IMG/VR virus record: IMGVR_UViG_3300028027_000046
Direction: 5' to 3' (one strand)
DNA length: 64,000 nucleotides
Source of the DNA: an uncultured virus (IMG/VR IMGVR_UViG_3300028027_000046)
Lineage: Duplodnaviria; Heunggongvirae; Uroviricota; Caudoviricetes
A program made the position numbers and the translations under genes. Every line of letters starts with the position of its first letter. The first letter of the stretch is position 1. The notes under the pieces are model-generated. The model made no database searches, was not told the origin of the DNA, and saw only the letters and a program-made list of their open reading frames with translations. Of the stretch, positions 1-9,863 are shown one piece after another.

Positions 1-2
1 CC

Positions 3-188
3 AATGCACAAGAATTTAAACTAGTAACTAATTTTGGCTTGACCCACCCAGACGCAGAATTGTTGGAAATCGAGGACGAGTCAACTGGATTTAAATTGCA
101 ATGTACACCTGAGCATAAAATCTTAACTAAAAACCGTGGTTGGGTTGAGGCACAACATTTAACTGAAGAAGATGAGCTTGTATACTAA
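3..188 (+). CDS. nrdA: 3' end of ribonucleotide reductase alpha N-terminal piece, ending in the N-half of a split intein (partial, begins before window)
   Basis: Frame 3 reads ...LLEIEDESTGFKLQCTPEHKILTKNRGWVEAQHLTEEDELVY*. This has intein block B (TPEH) and the GWVxAxxL motif, then TAA at 186-188. Not in the ORF track. The nrdA identity is inferred from the downstream C-extein. Confidence 0.85.
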   Translation, partial: NAQEFKLVTNFGLTHPDAELLEIEDESTGFKLQCTPEHKILTKNRGWVEAQHLTEEDELVY

Positions 189-492
189 ACAACACTACAC
201 TGAAAAAATCCCTACCTCTCGCGGGCGATTTATGGGTCTACACAAAGACCTATCCACTCGCAACCTTGAAGTAGGAGATTATTTCTTCATTTCACCTAAC
301 GACCCCAACCTATTAGTATTCATCCAGAGTAACTGGGAAAATATATGGTTTATAGGCGTGAGTAATAATACTGTGTGTCACGAAATAGAATACAATGTGT
401 TAACCGATTCCACATCCATAATTGAATCGAACGAACAATTTATTAATTTATATAACCAAGAAATATCCAACTTGAAGCAGCAAATGTTGTAA
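172..492 (+). CDS. hypothetical protein inside the fractured nrdA locus
   Basis: 106-aa ORF overlapping the nrdA-N stop; no recognisable motif. Confidence 0.5.
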   Translation: MSLYTKQHYTEKIPTSRGRFMGLHKDLSTRNLEVGDYFFISPNDPNLLVFIQSNWENIWFIGVSNNTVCHEIEYNVLTDSTSIIESNEQFINLYNQEISNLKQQML

Positions 493-546
493 AATACTTT
501 TGTTTTTCTGCGACTTGTTCTTAGGCCTGTAATATTTATAACCGAT

Positions 547-702
547 ATGGGACGTATTAAAAAATACCAAACAGAAGAAGAACGTGTTCTCGCCCAACGA
601 GAATACAGTAAAAAATACTACTGGGCAAATAAACAAGCAATCGATGAAAAACTTAAACGAAAGTATCGCGAATCAAAAGGAAGAGATATCCGGGATATAT
701 AA
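547..702 (+). CDS. small basic helical protein overlapping the start of the GIY-YIG gene
   Basis: MGRIKKYQTEEERVLAQREYSKKYYWANKQAIDEKLKRKYRESKGRDIRDI*, directly after the ATATTTATA motif at 532. Confidence 0.55.
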   Translation: MGRIKKYQTEEERVLAQREYSKKYYWANKQAIDEKLKRKYRESKGRDIRDI

Positions 703-1444
703 AATTGTATCCCCTAGTGGAAAGGTGTACATTGGTAAATCACAACATATGCAATCTAGGATGAACATATACAAAAATGGTCACACTAAGAGTCAACCCA
801 AAATACACAGATCATTCAACAAATATGGGTTTGAAAACCATACATTTTATTTGTTGGAAACATGTGAAATAGACATGCTGATGGAACGTGAATTACATTA
901 CAAATTACAGCACATAGAAGAATTTGGGTGGGAAACAGCATTATTTTGCGATTTATATGACCATGGGTCTGGTCCAAAAAGTGAAGAAACCAAACGTCGT
1001 ATGTCTGAAGGTAAAATTGGCAAGAAACATACAAAAGTACATTCAAACAGGGGTGTACCTCGGGATGATTTCATGACCGATGAAATTAAGCAGAAAATTA
1101 GTTTAGCTAATCAAAAACCAAAACCACCACGCAGTGATGAACACAATAGGAAAATAGGCGAATCCCATGTTGGTAAGTCGAAGGGACACAAAGGCAGAGT
1201 ATCGCCCATGAAAGGAAAAGTACATTCAACCGAATCAAAAGAAAAGGCACGGTTGAACAATTTGGGAAAAAACAACAAACCCGTGCTTCAGTACAGTAAA
1301 GATGGTATATTCATCCAAGAATTCGCCAGCACAACAGAAGCAGGTCGTGCTTTGGGTAAAAAAACAGGAGCGGCGATAGGGCAATGCGCCAAAGGAAAAT
1401 ACACAACCATTTATGGTTATACATGGAAATTTAAAACACAATAA
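644..1444 (+). CDS. GIY-YIG homing endonuclease with NUMOD3/NUMOD1-like DNA-binding repeats
   Basis: SGIYKIVSPSGKVYIGKS; SEETKRRMSE and HSTESKEK repeats; C-terminal KPVLQYSKDG...GYTWKF. Confidence 0.9.
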   Translation: MKNLNESIANQKEEISGIYKIVSPSGKVYIGKSQHMQSRMNIYKNGHTKSQPKIHRSFNKYGFENHTFYLLETCEIDMLMERELHYKLQHIEEFGWETALFCDLYDHGSGPKSEETKRRMSEGKIGKKHTKVHSNRGVPRDDFMTDEIKQKISLANQKPKPPRSDEHNRKIGESHVGKSKGHKGRVSPMKGKVHSTESKEKARLNNLGKNNKPVLQYSKDGIFIQEFASTTEAGRALGKKTGAAIGQCAKGKYTTIYGYTWKFKTQ

Positions 1445-1447
1445 ATT

Positions 1448-2479
1448 ATGGCATTAAAAATTACAAAAGTAAACACAACAAAACCGGTATACGATGTAAC
1501 GGTACAAGACAACCACAACTTCTATGCAAATGGCGCTGTAGTACATAACTGTTCAGAAATTTCATTGTATACAGATGAACTCCACTCATTCATTTGCTGT
1601 TTATCGTCACTTAACTTGGCTCGTTGGGACGAGTGGAACGACTATAAATTCGCAAACGGAATGGATCTACCTGAACTAGCATGTTGGTTCTTGGAAGGTG
1701 TATTGCAAGAATTCATCGACCGTTCAAAAAACGTGAAACTACTAGAAAACACATACCGTTCCGCAGTAAAAGGTAGAGCAATTGGTATTGGCGTATTGGG
1801 ATGGCACACGTTCCTACAAGAACACAACATTCCATTTGCCGGACTACAAGCCAATTCATACACACGTTTAATGTTCGACAAAATTGAAAAAGGTGCGCTA
1901 CGCGCATCCAAAGAACAAGCCGAACTATATGGCGAACCGGAATGGTGTAAAGGAACAGGGTTGCGTCACACACACCATTGTGCTGTAGCACCAACGGTAT
2001 CAAACGCAAACATTTCAGGTGGTGTATCGGCATCAATTGAGCCAATCCCAGCAAACATATTCAATTTAAAAACAGCAAAGGGCACATTCATCAAGAAAAA
2101 CCCGGTACTCGAGCGCGTGTTGGAGGCGAAAGGCTACAACATCGACAGCGTTTGGAAACAAATACAGGAAGACAAAGGAAGTGTACTTAACCTACCAGAC
2201 TATATATTGTCGGACGAGGAAAAGGAGGTGTTCTTGACGTTCAAGGAAATCAACCCATTCGAAATCGTTAGGCAAAACGGTATACGTCAAAAATACGTTG
2301 ACCAAGCCATTTCACTTAATCTTATGTTCGATCCAAACACACCACCAAAGGTAATTAGCGATGTGCATAAGTTAGCGTGGCGTGAGGGCATCAAATGTTT
2401 GTACTACATGCGTAGTGAAAGCTCGTTACGTGGTGATAGTATCACTACTGACAATGAATGCATTAGCTGTCACGCATAA
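1448..2479 (+). CDS. nrdA: split-intein C-half (34 aa) fused to the C-terminal part of class Ia ribonucleotide reductase alpha
   Basis: VYDVTVQDNHNFYANGAVVHN/CSEI intein blocks F and G; RNR motifs CCLSSLNL, RAIGIG, APTVS, DQAISLN, LYYMR and C-terminal CxxC. Confidence 0.95.
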   Translation: MALKITKVNTTKPVYDVTVQDNHNFYANGAVVHNCSEISLYTDELHSFICCLSSLNLARWDEWNDYKFANGMDLPELACWFLEGVLQEFIDRSKNVKLLENTYRSAVKGRAIGIGVLGWHTFLQEHNIPFAGLQANSYTRLMFDKIEKGALRASKEQAELYGEPEWCKGTGLRHTHHCAVAPTVSNANISGGVSASIEPIPANIFNLKTAKGTFIKKNPVLERVLEAKGYNIDSVWKQIQEDKGSVLNLPDYILSDEEKEVFLTFKEINPFEIVRQNGIRQKYVDQAISLNLMFDPNTPPKVISDVHKLAWREGIKCLYYMRSESSLRGDSITTDNECISCHA

Positions 2480-2581
2480 GCAATATACATTGAAAAATAA
2501 TTTAGCTATCTGGGAACAGGTAGCTATTTTTTTGCCCTTGTACCATATGTATAATGGTAATAACTTTAAAACATTTAATTT

Positions 2582-3400
2582 ATGAACATTTACGGACAAG
2601 TTGGATGGCGAGCAGCAAATACTGCACCCGCAGGTCCTGATGCAGATGCTTTAGCATTCATTACTGCGGCTACAATCACTAACCCAACTCAACAATCAGC
2701 AATTGATACTTTAGTTAAAGCGCTGAAATCGGCTAACATTTGGACTAAAATGAAGGCTATTTATCCATTTGTGGGTGGTACAGCAGCTCAACACCGATTC
2801 AATCTTAAGGATCCGAGAGCAGTAGATCCTGCGTTCTACTTAACATTTAATGGTGGTGGTACACACGGGCCAAATGGTTACCAACCAAACGGGAATTCAT
2901 ATGCTAATACTAAATTGACTCCTTCAACTTCATTATTACAAGATAGTACTCATATTAGTTACTATTCAAGAACTAACACAACAAACAATGGGATAGATTT
3001 TGGAGTTTACCAAACAACTCCCCAAGCTAATTTATATGCGGCAATCAAACTTACTGATGGAAAAAGTTATTTTAGAGTAAACAGAAATGCTGGAGTTACA
3101 GAAAGTTCACTATTGATGACTTCTGCGAGTGTTTTCTTTATGTTAAATAGGATTGCTAGTAATAGCGAGTCTGTGTTTGTTAATAACACAAAAACAGCAT
3201 TTGGACGTGTATCTACTGGTTTATCAACAAATGCAATACCTTTGGGTGCTTTGTCAGATAACGGGGCTTATGTGTCTTACTCGAACAAAGAGTGTGCATT
3301 CGCGTCTATCGGTGACGGTTTAACAGACGCAGAAGCAGCTAACTTCTACACAGCAGTACAAGCATACCAAGTTGCATTAGGAGGAGTTAGAGCAGTATAA
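2582..3400 (+). CDS. probable virion/structural protein, beta-rich
   Basis: Ala/Thr/Asn/Gly-rich 272-aa ORF preceded by the ATATGTATA motif at 2545. Confidence 0.45.
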   Translation: MNIYGQVGWRAANTAPAGPDADALAFITAATITNPTQQSAIDTLVKALKSANIWTKMKAIYPFVGGTAAQHRFNLKDPRAVDPAFYLTFNGGGTHGPNGYQPNGNSYANTKLTPSTSLLQDSTHISYYSRTNTTNNGIDFGVYQTTPQANLYAAIKLTDGKSYFRVNRNAGVTESSLLMTSASVFFMLNRIASNSESVFVNNTKTAFGRVSTGLSTNAIPLGALSDNGAYVSYSNKECAFASIGDGLTDAEAANFYTAVQAYQVALGGVRAV

Positions 3401-3420
3401 TTTTATAAATTTTAAAACAC

Positions 3421-3639
3421 ATGGAAAACGTATACAAATTAACAGAAACACAAAAAGACCTATTGGTAGGTCAAACTTGGGACGGTGTTCAATACTTTAA
3501 CCCTACGCAAGATGCAGACGGAAATTGGTTCATCTCAGTTGAGGAAGTAAACGGATGCACACATCAAGGTGCAAACGAGTGGATCCACGATTTACCACTT
3601 ATACCTTACAACCCAGTTGTAAGTGAATTACCATTTTAA
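3421..3639 (+). CDS. hypothetical protein
   Basis: 72-aa ORF followed by a hairpin terminator at about 3662-3686. Confidence 0.6.
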   Translation: MENVYKLTETQKDLLVGQTWDGVQYFNPTQDADGNWFISVEEVNGCTHQGANEWIHDLPLIPYNPVVSELPF

Positions 3640-3718
3640 TCCACACTAATTTCCCATTGAATAGCCACCCCTTAAAAGGTGGCTTTCTCTCTGTATATTT
3701 ATTCCCAAATACTACATC

Positions 3719-3922
3719 ATGAAACAATTAATGAACAACTATTGGGCACCAACACCCATGAAAATGCGTAAACTAGGTGATGCGTTGCTGGGAGCCAGCA
3801 CTACCATCACTGGATTCGCTATCGCCAACGACAACAAATATATTGCGTATACCGCACTTATATGTGGTGTATTAGGCAAAGTAATCACTAATTTATTCAC
3901 TGAACAACCTGAACAAATATGA
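3719..3922 (+). CDS. putative holin
   Basis: 67 aa with two hydrophobic segments; ATGA overlap with the lysin-like gene. Confidence 0.55.
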   Translation: MKQLMNNYWAPTPMKMRKLGDALLGASTTITGFAIANDNKYIAYTALICGVLGKVITNLFTEQPEQI

Positions 3923-4503
3923 GTAACGTACGTAGCTACACAGACAAACAAATACTGGACCGTATTAAATCATTACCGTCATTCAAATCCATACCAAAAT
4001 CAAAATACATAGTTGGTATTCGTTCAGCCGAGGACGCAACTAACAAATTCGACGACAAATTTTACCTATTTGAAGGCGAAAAATTCCTTCACGTAACAAC
4101 AGGCACCACCAACCCAGGTGCACCTGTGTTGCAGGGTGGATTCTTAAAATACAACAAAGCAGGTGCAGCCGTAGTTAAATCCAATTCATGGTACTACGAT
4201 GTATGGTCTTATGGCCTGCACATGGGTAAAATGCCAGCACTTAAACAAGTTGCACCAATTACCGTATATCGCGATGGCGACAAAGACGGGAAAGCAGAGG
4301 AAATTGGCGCGCCAATCACCGGGTTATACGGCATTAATTTTCACGCAGCAACGTACAATAACCTCTTCCGTGGCGTCCAAGAAAACATTGGCGAGTGGTC
4401 AGCGGGGTGCCAGGTTGTGAACAACAAACAGGAACACCTTCAGTGGATTGATCTACTCAAATCGCAACCACGTGTAAGTTATGTACTGCTTAGTGAATTT
4501 TAA
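3919..4503 (+). CDS. putative endolysin, YkuD/L,D-transpeptidase-like cysteine peptidase
   Basis: GINFH...WSAGCQV His/Cys motif; TTGTTNPG; adjacent to the holin-like gene. Confidence 0.6.
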   Translation: MSNVRSYTDKQILDRIKSLPSFKSIPKSKYIVGIRSAEDATNKFDDKFYLFEGEKFLHVTTGTTNPGAPVLQGGFLKYNKAGAAVVKSNSWYYDVWSYGLHMGKMPALKQVAPITVYRDGDKDGKAEEIGAPITGLYGINFHAATYNNLFRGVQENIGEWSAGCQVVNNKQEHLQWIDLLKSQPRVSYVLLSEF

Positions 4504-4558
4504 CCATACTTAATCCAAATACTAGGCTCCCGTTGGGAGCCTTTGTACATTTAACGCC

Positions 4559-5515
4559 ATGAAACAAACATATTTACCGTACCTATTGCTATTTTGCGCA
4601 TTAGGTTTATCCGCAACCGCAGCATACTATAGTGTAGTTGGTTTATCCATTGTATTCTCAAGTGTAGCCATCCCCGTTATAGTCATGGGTGCATTCTTGG
4701 AAATATCCAAAATATCCATAGCCACGTACCTACACAACTCGTGGAGAAAAATATACACTATGCTGAAAGTATATTTAGTTGCAGCAGTAGTTGTACTGTC
4801 ATTAATCACCTCACTGGGTATATATGGGCTACTTAGTGGTGGATTCCAGCAAAACATATCCAAACTTGAAGTAGGTACACGCGTAATCAATAGCGTAAAC
4901 ATGAAGAAGCAACGCTACGAGGACATCAAGCAGGAACACATGCAGGAAAAACACGCGCTAGACAAAGACATATCTGCGCTTAGAGACGCGTTATCAACCA
5001 AAACCACATTATCCCATGTAGACAGAAAGACCGGCGCTGTTATCAACACTGAAAGCGCAGGTAACCGTAAAGCATACGAGTCACAATTGCGTGAAACATC
5101 TCAAACCCGAACCGAACTCACCCGTAAAATCGACGCGTTAAACGATTCCATTACCGCACTGGATATACACGTGTTGGATTTGGAAAACACTGAAAACACA
5201 TCAAGCGAATTGGGCGTAATCAAGTACATACACGAATTGACGGGGTGGGACATGAAAAGCATCGCGAACGTATTCATACTTATGCTCATATTTGTATTTG
5301 ATCCGTTAGCAATCATGCTAGTGGTAGCCACTAACCAAGCATTTGAGGCGAATCGACCAAAAATAAACATATATGGTGAAATCAAACCAACCACTGATAC
5401 AAACCCAGTGCAACCAGAGGTAGTTAAACCTGCGGAACCCGCCGTAGAATCCACCACTGCCACGCAGGTGAAAAGGATATTGTTCAATGACGACGACAAT
5501 TCCATAACGTACTAA
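4559..5515 (+). CDS. membrane protein with long coiled coil
   Basis: Three N-terminal TM segments, heptad-rich middle, C-terminal TM (IFVFDPLAI). Confidence 0.7.
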   Translation: MKQTYLPYLLLFCALGLSATAAYYSVVGLSIVFSSVAIPVIVMGAFLEISKISIATYLHNSWRKIYTMLKVYLVAAVVVLSLITSLGIYGLLSGGFQQNISKLEVGTRVINSVNMKKQRYEDIKQEHMQEKHALDKDISALRDALSTKTTLSHVDRKTGAVINTESAGNRKAYESQLRETSQTRTELTRKIDALNDSITALDIHVLDLENTENTSSELGVIKYIHELTGWDMKSIANVFILMLIFVFDPLAIMLVVATNQAFEANRPKINIYGEIKPTTDTNPVQPEVVKPAEPAVESTTATQVKRILFNDDDNSITY

Positions 5516-5597
5516 AGTTAGTGTATATGTATAAGCATAACCATATGGAAATATGGACCGTTTTGTTTATGTATAAAACATTAACAATTTAATTTAA

Positions 5598-6320
5598 ATG
5601 GACAACCTATTTACCTCATTCGTAAGCAAATTTAGCAGTTTACCACCGGTCCTCACATTCATCGTGATGGTACTACTCATTGTGTCATACTTCTACAAAG
5701 ACGCAATTAGCAAAAAAATACAGCAATACAAAACCAAACGCGAAATCAACCGAGACATACTCAACGGCAACTACCGCTTTGAGGACTTAATGTACCACGA
5801 TGTATTCAGCGTTATATTTGAAGTTAGGGCCGCAATCAAACACCATGACTTCGACGAAGAAGACGGTGGTGAAACCAAAACACGCGTATTTCATGATTTC
5901 CTTAACATTATGCTCGAGGAAATACATTTAAACATGAAACAACTCATCACCATTATTTCCGCACAACACAAGCAAGGCGAAACATCCCGCGACGAATTAA
6001 AACAAATCATCCGTAAAACACTAAACAGCATTGTAGACAATTACTGTTTAAAAGGCGAGCGTCATTTAATCGACCGTGGCCTAAGCAAAAAAGACGCAGA
6101 ATATGTTGTGGAGCTATTTGAGAAATGGCGTAGCGAAACACGCGCATCCATTAACTCGAGAATAGACGCAATATTTGCAAGTTCATTCCACACCACAAAT
6201 TTCCAGCGCACATTAGCTGTATATGAACTAATTAGTGTATCAGTTTCACTCATACCAAAAGACGGAATCCGTTCATTTGAATCCATGAACGGCAAATTCA
6301 AAACCATCCAGTACAATTAA
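5598..6320 (+). CDS. hypothetical protein with N-terminal TM helix
   Basis: 240-aa ORF; ATATGTATA motif at 5525. Confidence 0.7.
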   Translation: MDNLFTSFVSKFSSLPPVLTFIVMVLLIVSYFYKDAISKKIQQYKTKREINRDILNGNYRFEDLMYHDVFSVIFEVRAAIKHHDFDEEDGGETKTRVFHDFLNIMLEEIHLNMKQLITIISAQHKQGETSRDELKQIIRKTLNSIVDNYCLKGERHLIDRGLSKKDAEYVVELFEKWRSETRASINSRIDAIFASSFHTTNFQRTLAVYELISVSVSLIPKDGIRSFESMNGKFKTIQYN

Positions 6321-6506
6321 TATATAAACGCATATGTCTAAAACAATACGAAGCCAAGTTAAAATCACGGGTAATACAGTTATCGGTAAACCCACCAATT
6401 CATAGTAGATTTCCCATCAACATTTGGCTCCGCAAGGAGCCATTTGTGTTTAAAAATACTTGGTATCCTCACCTTATGTTCGTATATTCCACTAAAAATC
6501 AAGGTT

Positions 6507-7013
6507 ATGCTATATACAACACACCCACTCAAAACCATCAATACACACATATCAAAACTCACCCCCATCAAATACAACCAATTCAGATGGTGGAGACGAT
6601 TTGACACAAAATATCCACCACTACCAAAGGGTGCCACATTCCTGCAACGCATACGCAATGGTGAATTTGAATTCAGCCATTACTTTTGGCAAGCACACCT
6701 GTGCGAACACGAAATCAACCAAAAATACAGCGAATGTAGCGGCGACATGGTAAAACTACTGGAAAAACACGCAGTAGACTTCGCCCGCCGTAAACGCCTG
6801 TGGGAAGACTTCCGCGTACACGAGGAAGAAATGCTGCACAACATATGCAAGAATTTCACCCGTGAATTCGCCATAACCAAAGAGCAATACTACCAAGAAG
6901 TAGAAATATTTGGCGGTACACTAGAGGAGTTGTATATTTACATACAAAAAATATATCCATCCCGCACGACCAAAGTGGAACGTCGCGGCAGACCAAAAAA
7001 ACAAAGCATATGA
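6507..7013 (+). CDS. hypothetical protein
   Basis: AAGGTTATG start after the promoter motif at 6461-6489; C-terminal RRGRPKK AT-hook-like motif. Confidence 0.7.
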   Translation: MLYTTHPLKTINTHISKLTPIKYNQFRWWRRFDTKYPPLPKGATFLQRIRNGEFEFSHYFWQAHLCEHEINQKYSECSGDMVKLLEKHAVDFARRKRLWEDFRVHEEEMLHNICKNFTREFAITKEQYYQEVEIFGGTLEELYIYIQKIYPSRTTKVERRGRPKKQSI

Positions 7014-7588
7014 GTAACCCATTTAAACGATTCGTAGCCGACATCAAATACTTCGGCCTATCAAGCTACGTACGCAACATAGGCACTAGCATGCGTAATT
7101 TAATCAAATGGTTCCCCCTTGTATGGCGCGACCGCGACTGGGATCATTCATTTACATACGATGTAATCCAGTTCAAACTCGAGCAACAAGCTAAATATTT
7201 GGCTAAACGTAACACATTCGTAAACTCACAAGCATACGTTGACCGTGCTCGAACCATGGCCAAACTAATTGAGCGCAATCGTGATGGCTACTACGGCATT
7301 GAATACATGGACCACCACGAGACGGAGTGGGAATTCATCGACATAGACGACAAACCAGACTACAAACAACTTGAAATTCACGTTACATCCGAGGATTTCG
7401 ATCCGTACTTCGCGAAATATTCTCGCGTATACAAGCAAATACTTGCGGGTAAAATTAATACCGGCATTAACTTCGACCCAAGCGACAGAAAAGACCTTGC
7501 GTTCGCTATATCGCACTACAATGAAGAACGTTGTAAACGTATATTGTTTAAAATGTTGGAAAGAAACTTGGAGAAGCTGTGGGATTAG
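7010..7588 (+). CDS. hypothetical protein
   Basis: 192 aa, ATGA-coupled; WRDRDWD...WD pattern typical of phage hypotheticals. Confidence 0.7.
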   Translation: MSNPFKRFVADIKYFGLSSYVRNIGTSMRNLIKWFPLVWRDRDWDHSFTYDVIQFKLEQQAKYLAKRNTFVNSQAYVDRARTMAKLIERNRDGYYGIEYMDHHETEWEFIDIDDKPDYKQLEIHVTSEDFDPYFAKYSRVYKQILAGKINTGINFDPSDRKDLAFAISHYNEERCKRILFKMLERNLEKLWD

Positions 7589-7615
7589 CGTATATTTAAA
7601 CATATTTAGAAACAT

Positions 7616-8332
7616 ATGAAACGAGTTACACTTATATCTGACACTCACGCAAAACATAACCAGTTAAACGGTGATTTACCTGGCGGCGACATATTAATTC
7701 ACGCGGGCGATTTCATGACCGATGGTTATAGCCAAACCGAAGCACGTCAATTCTTCGACTGGTTCGACGCCATAACCACATACGAAACAAAAATATTCAT
7801 CGCTGGTAACCACGATCGCGTTATGCAAAACGAACCGGAAACCATGCGCGGCATATTAACCGGATACAAAACCATCGACTACCTTGAGGACGACACTTGT
7901 GTGTTGTACGAGGATGGTCACAATGGCGATGAACCCGAAAACAATATTCGCATTTATGGTTCGCCGTGGCAGCCGGCTTTCTTCGATTGGGCTTTCAACC
8001 TTCCGCGCAATGGTCCGGAACTAGCCGAAAAATGGGCAGTCATACCAGACAACACACACATACTAATCACTCACGGCCCGGCATGGGGATACAACGATAC
8101 AACCCAGTACCGTCGCGATACGCATTTAGGCTGCGAACTATTGCGCGAGCGTATCGATGTAATTCGACCAAAAATACATGTTTCGGGTCACATCCACAGT
8201 GGAAATGGCCATTATTTCGACGGACATACCCACCACTTTAACGCATCGGTACTAAACGAGCGATACAATTACGCAAACAAACCATTCACATTTGACTGGG
8301 ACCACATCACAAACGAAATTGTGTGGATATGA
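7616..8332 (+). CDS. calcineurin-like metallophosphoesterase
   Basis: ISDTH, HAGD, AGNHD, ITHGP and GHIH motifs. Confidence 0.92.
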   Translation: MKRVTLISDTHAKHNQLNGDLPGGDILIHAGDFMTDGYSQTEARQFFDWFDAITTYETKIFIAGNHDRVMQNEPETMRGILTGYKTIDYLEDDTCVLYEDGHNGDEPENNIRIYGSPWQPAFFDWAFNLPRNGPELAEKWAVIPDNTHILITHGPAWGYNDTTQYRRDTHLGCELLRERIDVIRPKIHVSGHIHSGNGHYFDGHTHHFNASVLNERYNYANKPFTFDWDHITNEIVWI

Positions 8333-8577
8333 CATTGGATGAATTTAACGAAAAGTGGAAATGGCAACTCATCAGCCCATTCCCGGGCATGACCATAGAC
8401 GAGCCTGGTGCCATTGCATGTTTGGACAAAGAATTCACCAAACTGCACGAGCAATTTCCATTTTTCCGTTATTCCATAATATTTAAGAAGGCGGGTAGTG
8501 CTGTAGTGAATATACACAAGGTATTCCCCGAACACGTAGACGCAATCACAAACATACTAAACAAATCACTCAAATGA
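8323..8577 (+). CDS. hypothetical protein
   Basis: 84-aa ORF in operon. Confidence 0.55.
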   Translation: MDMTLDEFNEKWKWQLISPFPGMTIDEPGAIACLDKEFTKLHEQFPFFRYSIIFKKAGSAVVNIHKVFPEHVDAITNILNKSLK

Positions 8578-8888
8578 ACTTAACCCGAGCAAACATGGTT
8601 TACCTCGAAAACGAACCATACATTTTATCCGCAGACAATTCATGCGTACTAGCTAATGCTGAGCAAATGGCTGTCACTAGAATCGACGGTATCATTGAAA
8701 TCGACCCGAAAGTAATGGAGGAACTGTACGAGCAAATATCTTGTGCGTATGGTCAATGTTACATTGAAACCATCGACGAATTTGTAAATGCTGAGTTCCT
8801 GCAAAATGTGGGTTGGAACGGCAAACCGTTAGTGCATTTAGTAAATGGGAAGGTGGTAATTCATCCAGTAGAAATCGACTTTGAATAG
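8574..8888 (+). CDS. hypothetical protein
   Basis: 104-aa ORF, ATGA-coupled. Confidence 0.6.
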   Translation: MNLTRANMVYLENEPYILSADNSCVLANAEQMAVTRIDGIIEIDPKVMEELYEQISCAYGQCYIETIDEFVNAEFLQNVGWNGKPLVHLVNGKVVIHPVEIDFE

Positions 8889-8914
8889 GTCACCACATAT
8901 GTATTGATATAAAT

Positions 8915-8988
8915 GGGGGATTAGCTCAGTTGATTAGAGCGCTACACTTGCAATGTAGAGGTCGCCAGTTTGACTCTGGCATTCTCCA
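8915..8988 (+). tRNA. tRNA-Ala(UGC)
   Basis: Acceptor GGGGGAT/ATTCTCC-A with G3:U70; anticodon arm CTACA-CTTGCAA-TGTAG; T arm GCCAG-TTTGACT-CTGGC; CCA not encoded. Confidence 0.95.
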
Positions 8989-9040
8989 CTTCGAACCCAC
9001 TCTTAGCAGTGGGTTCCTTTAACTTTACCACCATCCACAT

Positions 9041-9652
9041 ATGAAACACACAATACTAGCTATACTGCTACTAGTTACATCTGCGCTATTCAGCCAAACC
9101 ATTGACACAATCATTTCCACCCCACACTACAAGTCATACATCAGTAAAAAACTCAAGCAACCGGTATACGTAAAATACGTCATATACAAAGGCGGGGGAG
9201 ACTGTAAACGCAGCGACCGATGGACAAACCCAACCAAACTACCACTACTCAACCACGAATATAGCCATTCAGGCTACGACCGTGGACATTTAGCAAACGC
9301 GGAAGACTTCGCGTACGATTGCCATTTATCCGACGAAACATTTAGGCTGTACAATTGTTTACCCCAAACCACTGCACTCAATCGTGGTGTGTGGAAACAG
9401 TGGGAAACCAAAATACGCCACGAATCACAAACCGATTCACTGCTAGTGATATGTGGTGGTATATGGGAAACAACCACCGTTAAAGCAAAAATGCGTATAC
9501 CCACTAAATGCTGGAAAGTAGTATACAATTTACGTACACATACAGTAGTACATGCACTAGTATTCACAAACACAATTGACCCAGTTTGCACTGAAACTAC
9601 AATCCAGGACATAAACAAACGTTTGGGCTTCAATTTAGCACTTACCTTTTAA
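9041..9652 (+). CDS. secreted DNA/RNA non-specific endonuclease (NucA/Serratia family)
   Basis: Signal peptide; YDRGHL, NCLPQ, LNRGVW and IPTKCWKVV motifs. Confidence 0.9.
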   Translation: MKHTILAILLLVTSALFSQTIDTIISTPHYKSYISKKLKQPVYVKYVIYKGGGDCKRSDRWTNPTKLPLLNHEYSHSGYDRGHLANAEDFAYDCHLSDETFRLYNCLPQTTALNRGVWKQWETKIRHESQTDSLLVICGGIWETTTVKAKMRIPTKCWKVVYNLRTHTVVHALVFTNTIDPVCTETTIQDINKRLGFNLALTF

Positions 9653-9714
9653 AAATACGTGTATACCATACACACTATTTGTATATTTAACCAAACATAA
9701 AAATATATATAAAC

Positions 9715-9858
9715 ATGTCAAAAAACACAGCAAAACAAAGAGCGGAATGCATGCAAGGATGGTTAGCGTCAGTTAAACGCCCGCAACCAGTTAAAAAACG
9801 CATCGTACACGAAAGTAAAATTTCACTAGACGAAATCCTACGCACGCAAAACAAATAG
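9715..9858 (+). CDS. small basic hypothetical protein
   Basis: MSKNTAKQRAECMQGWLASVKR...QNK*, after the promoter motif at about 9681; below the ORF-track cutoff. Confidence 0.5.
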   Translation: MSKNTAKQRAECMQGWLASVKRPQPVKKRIVHESKISLDEILRTQNK

Positions 9859-9863
9859 ACGCA

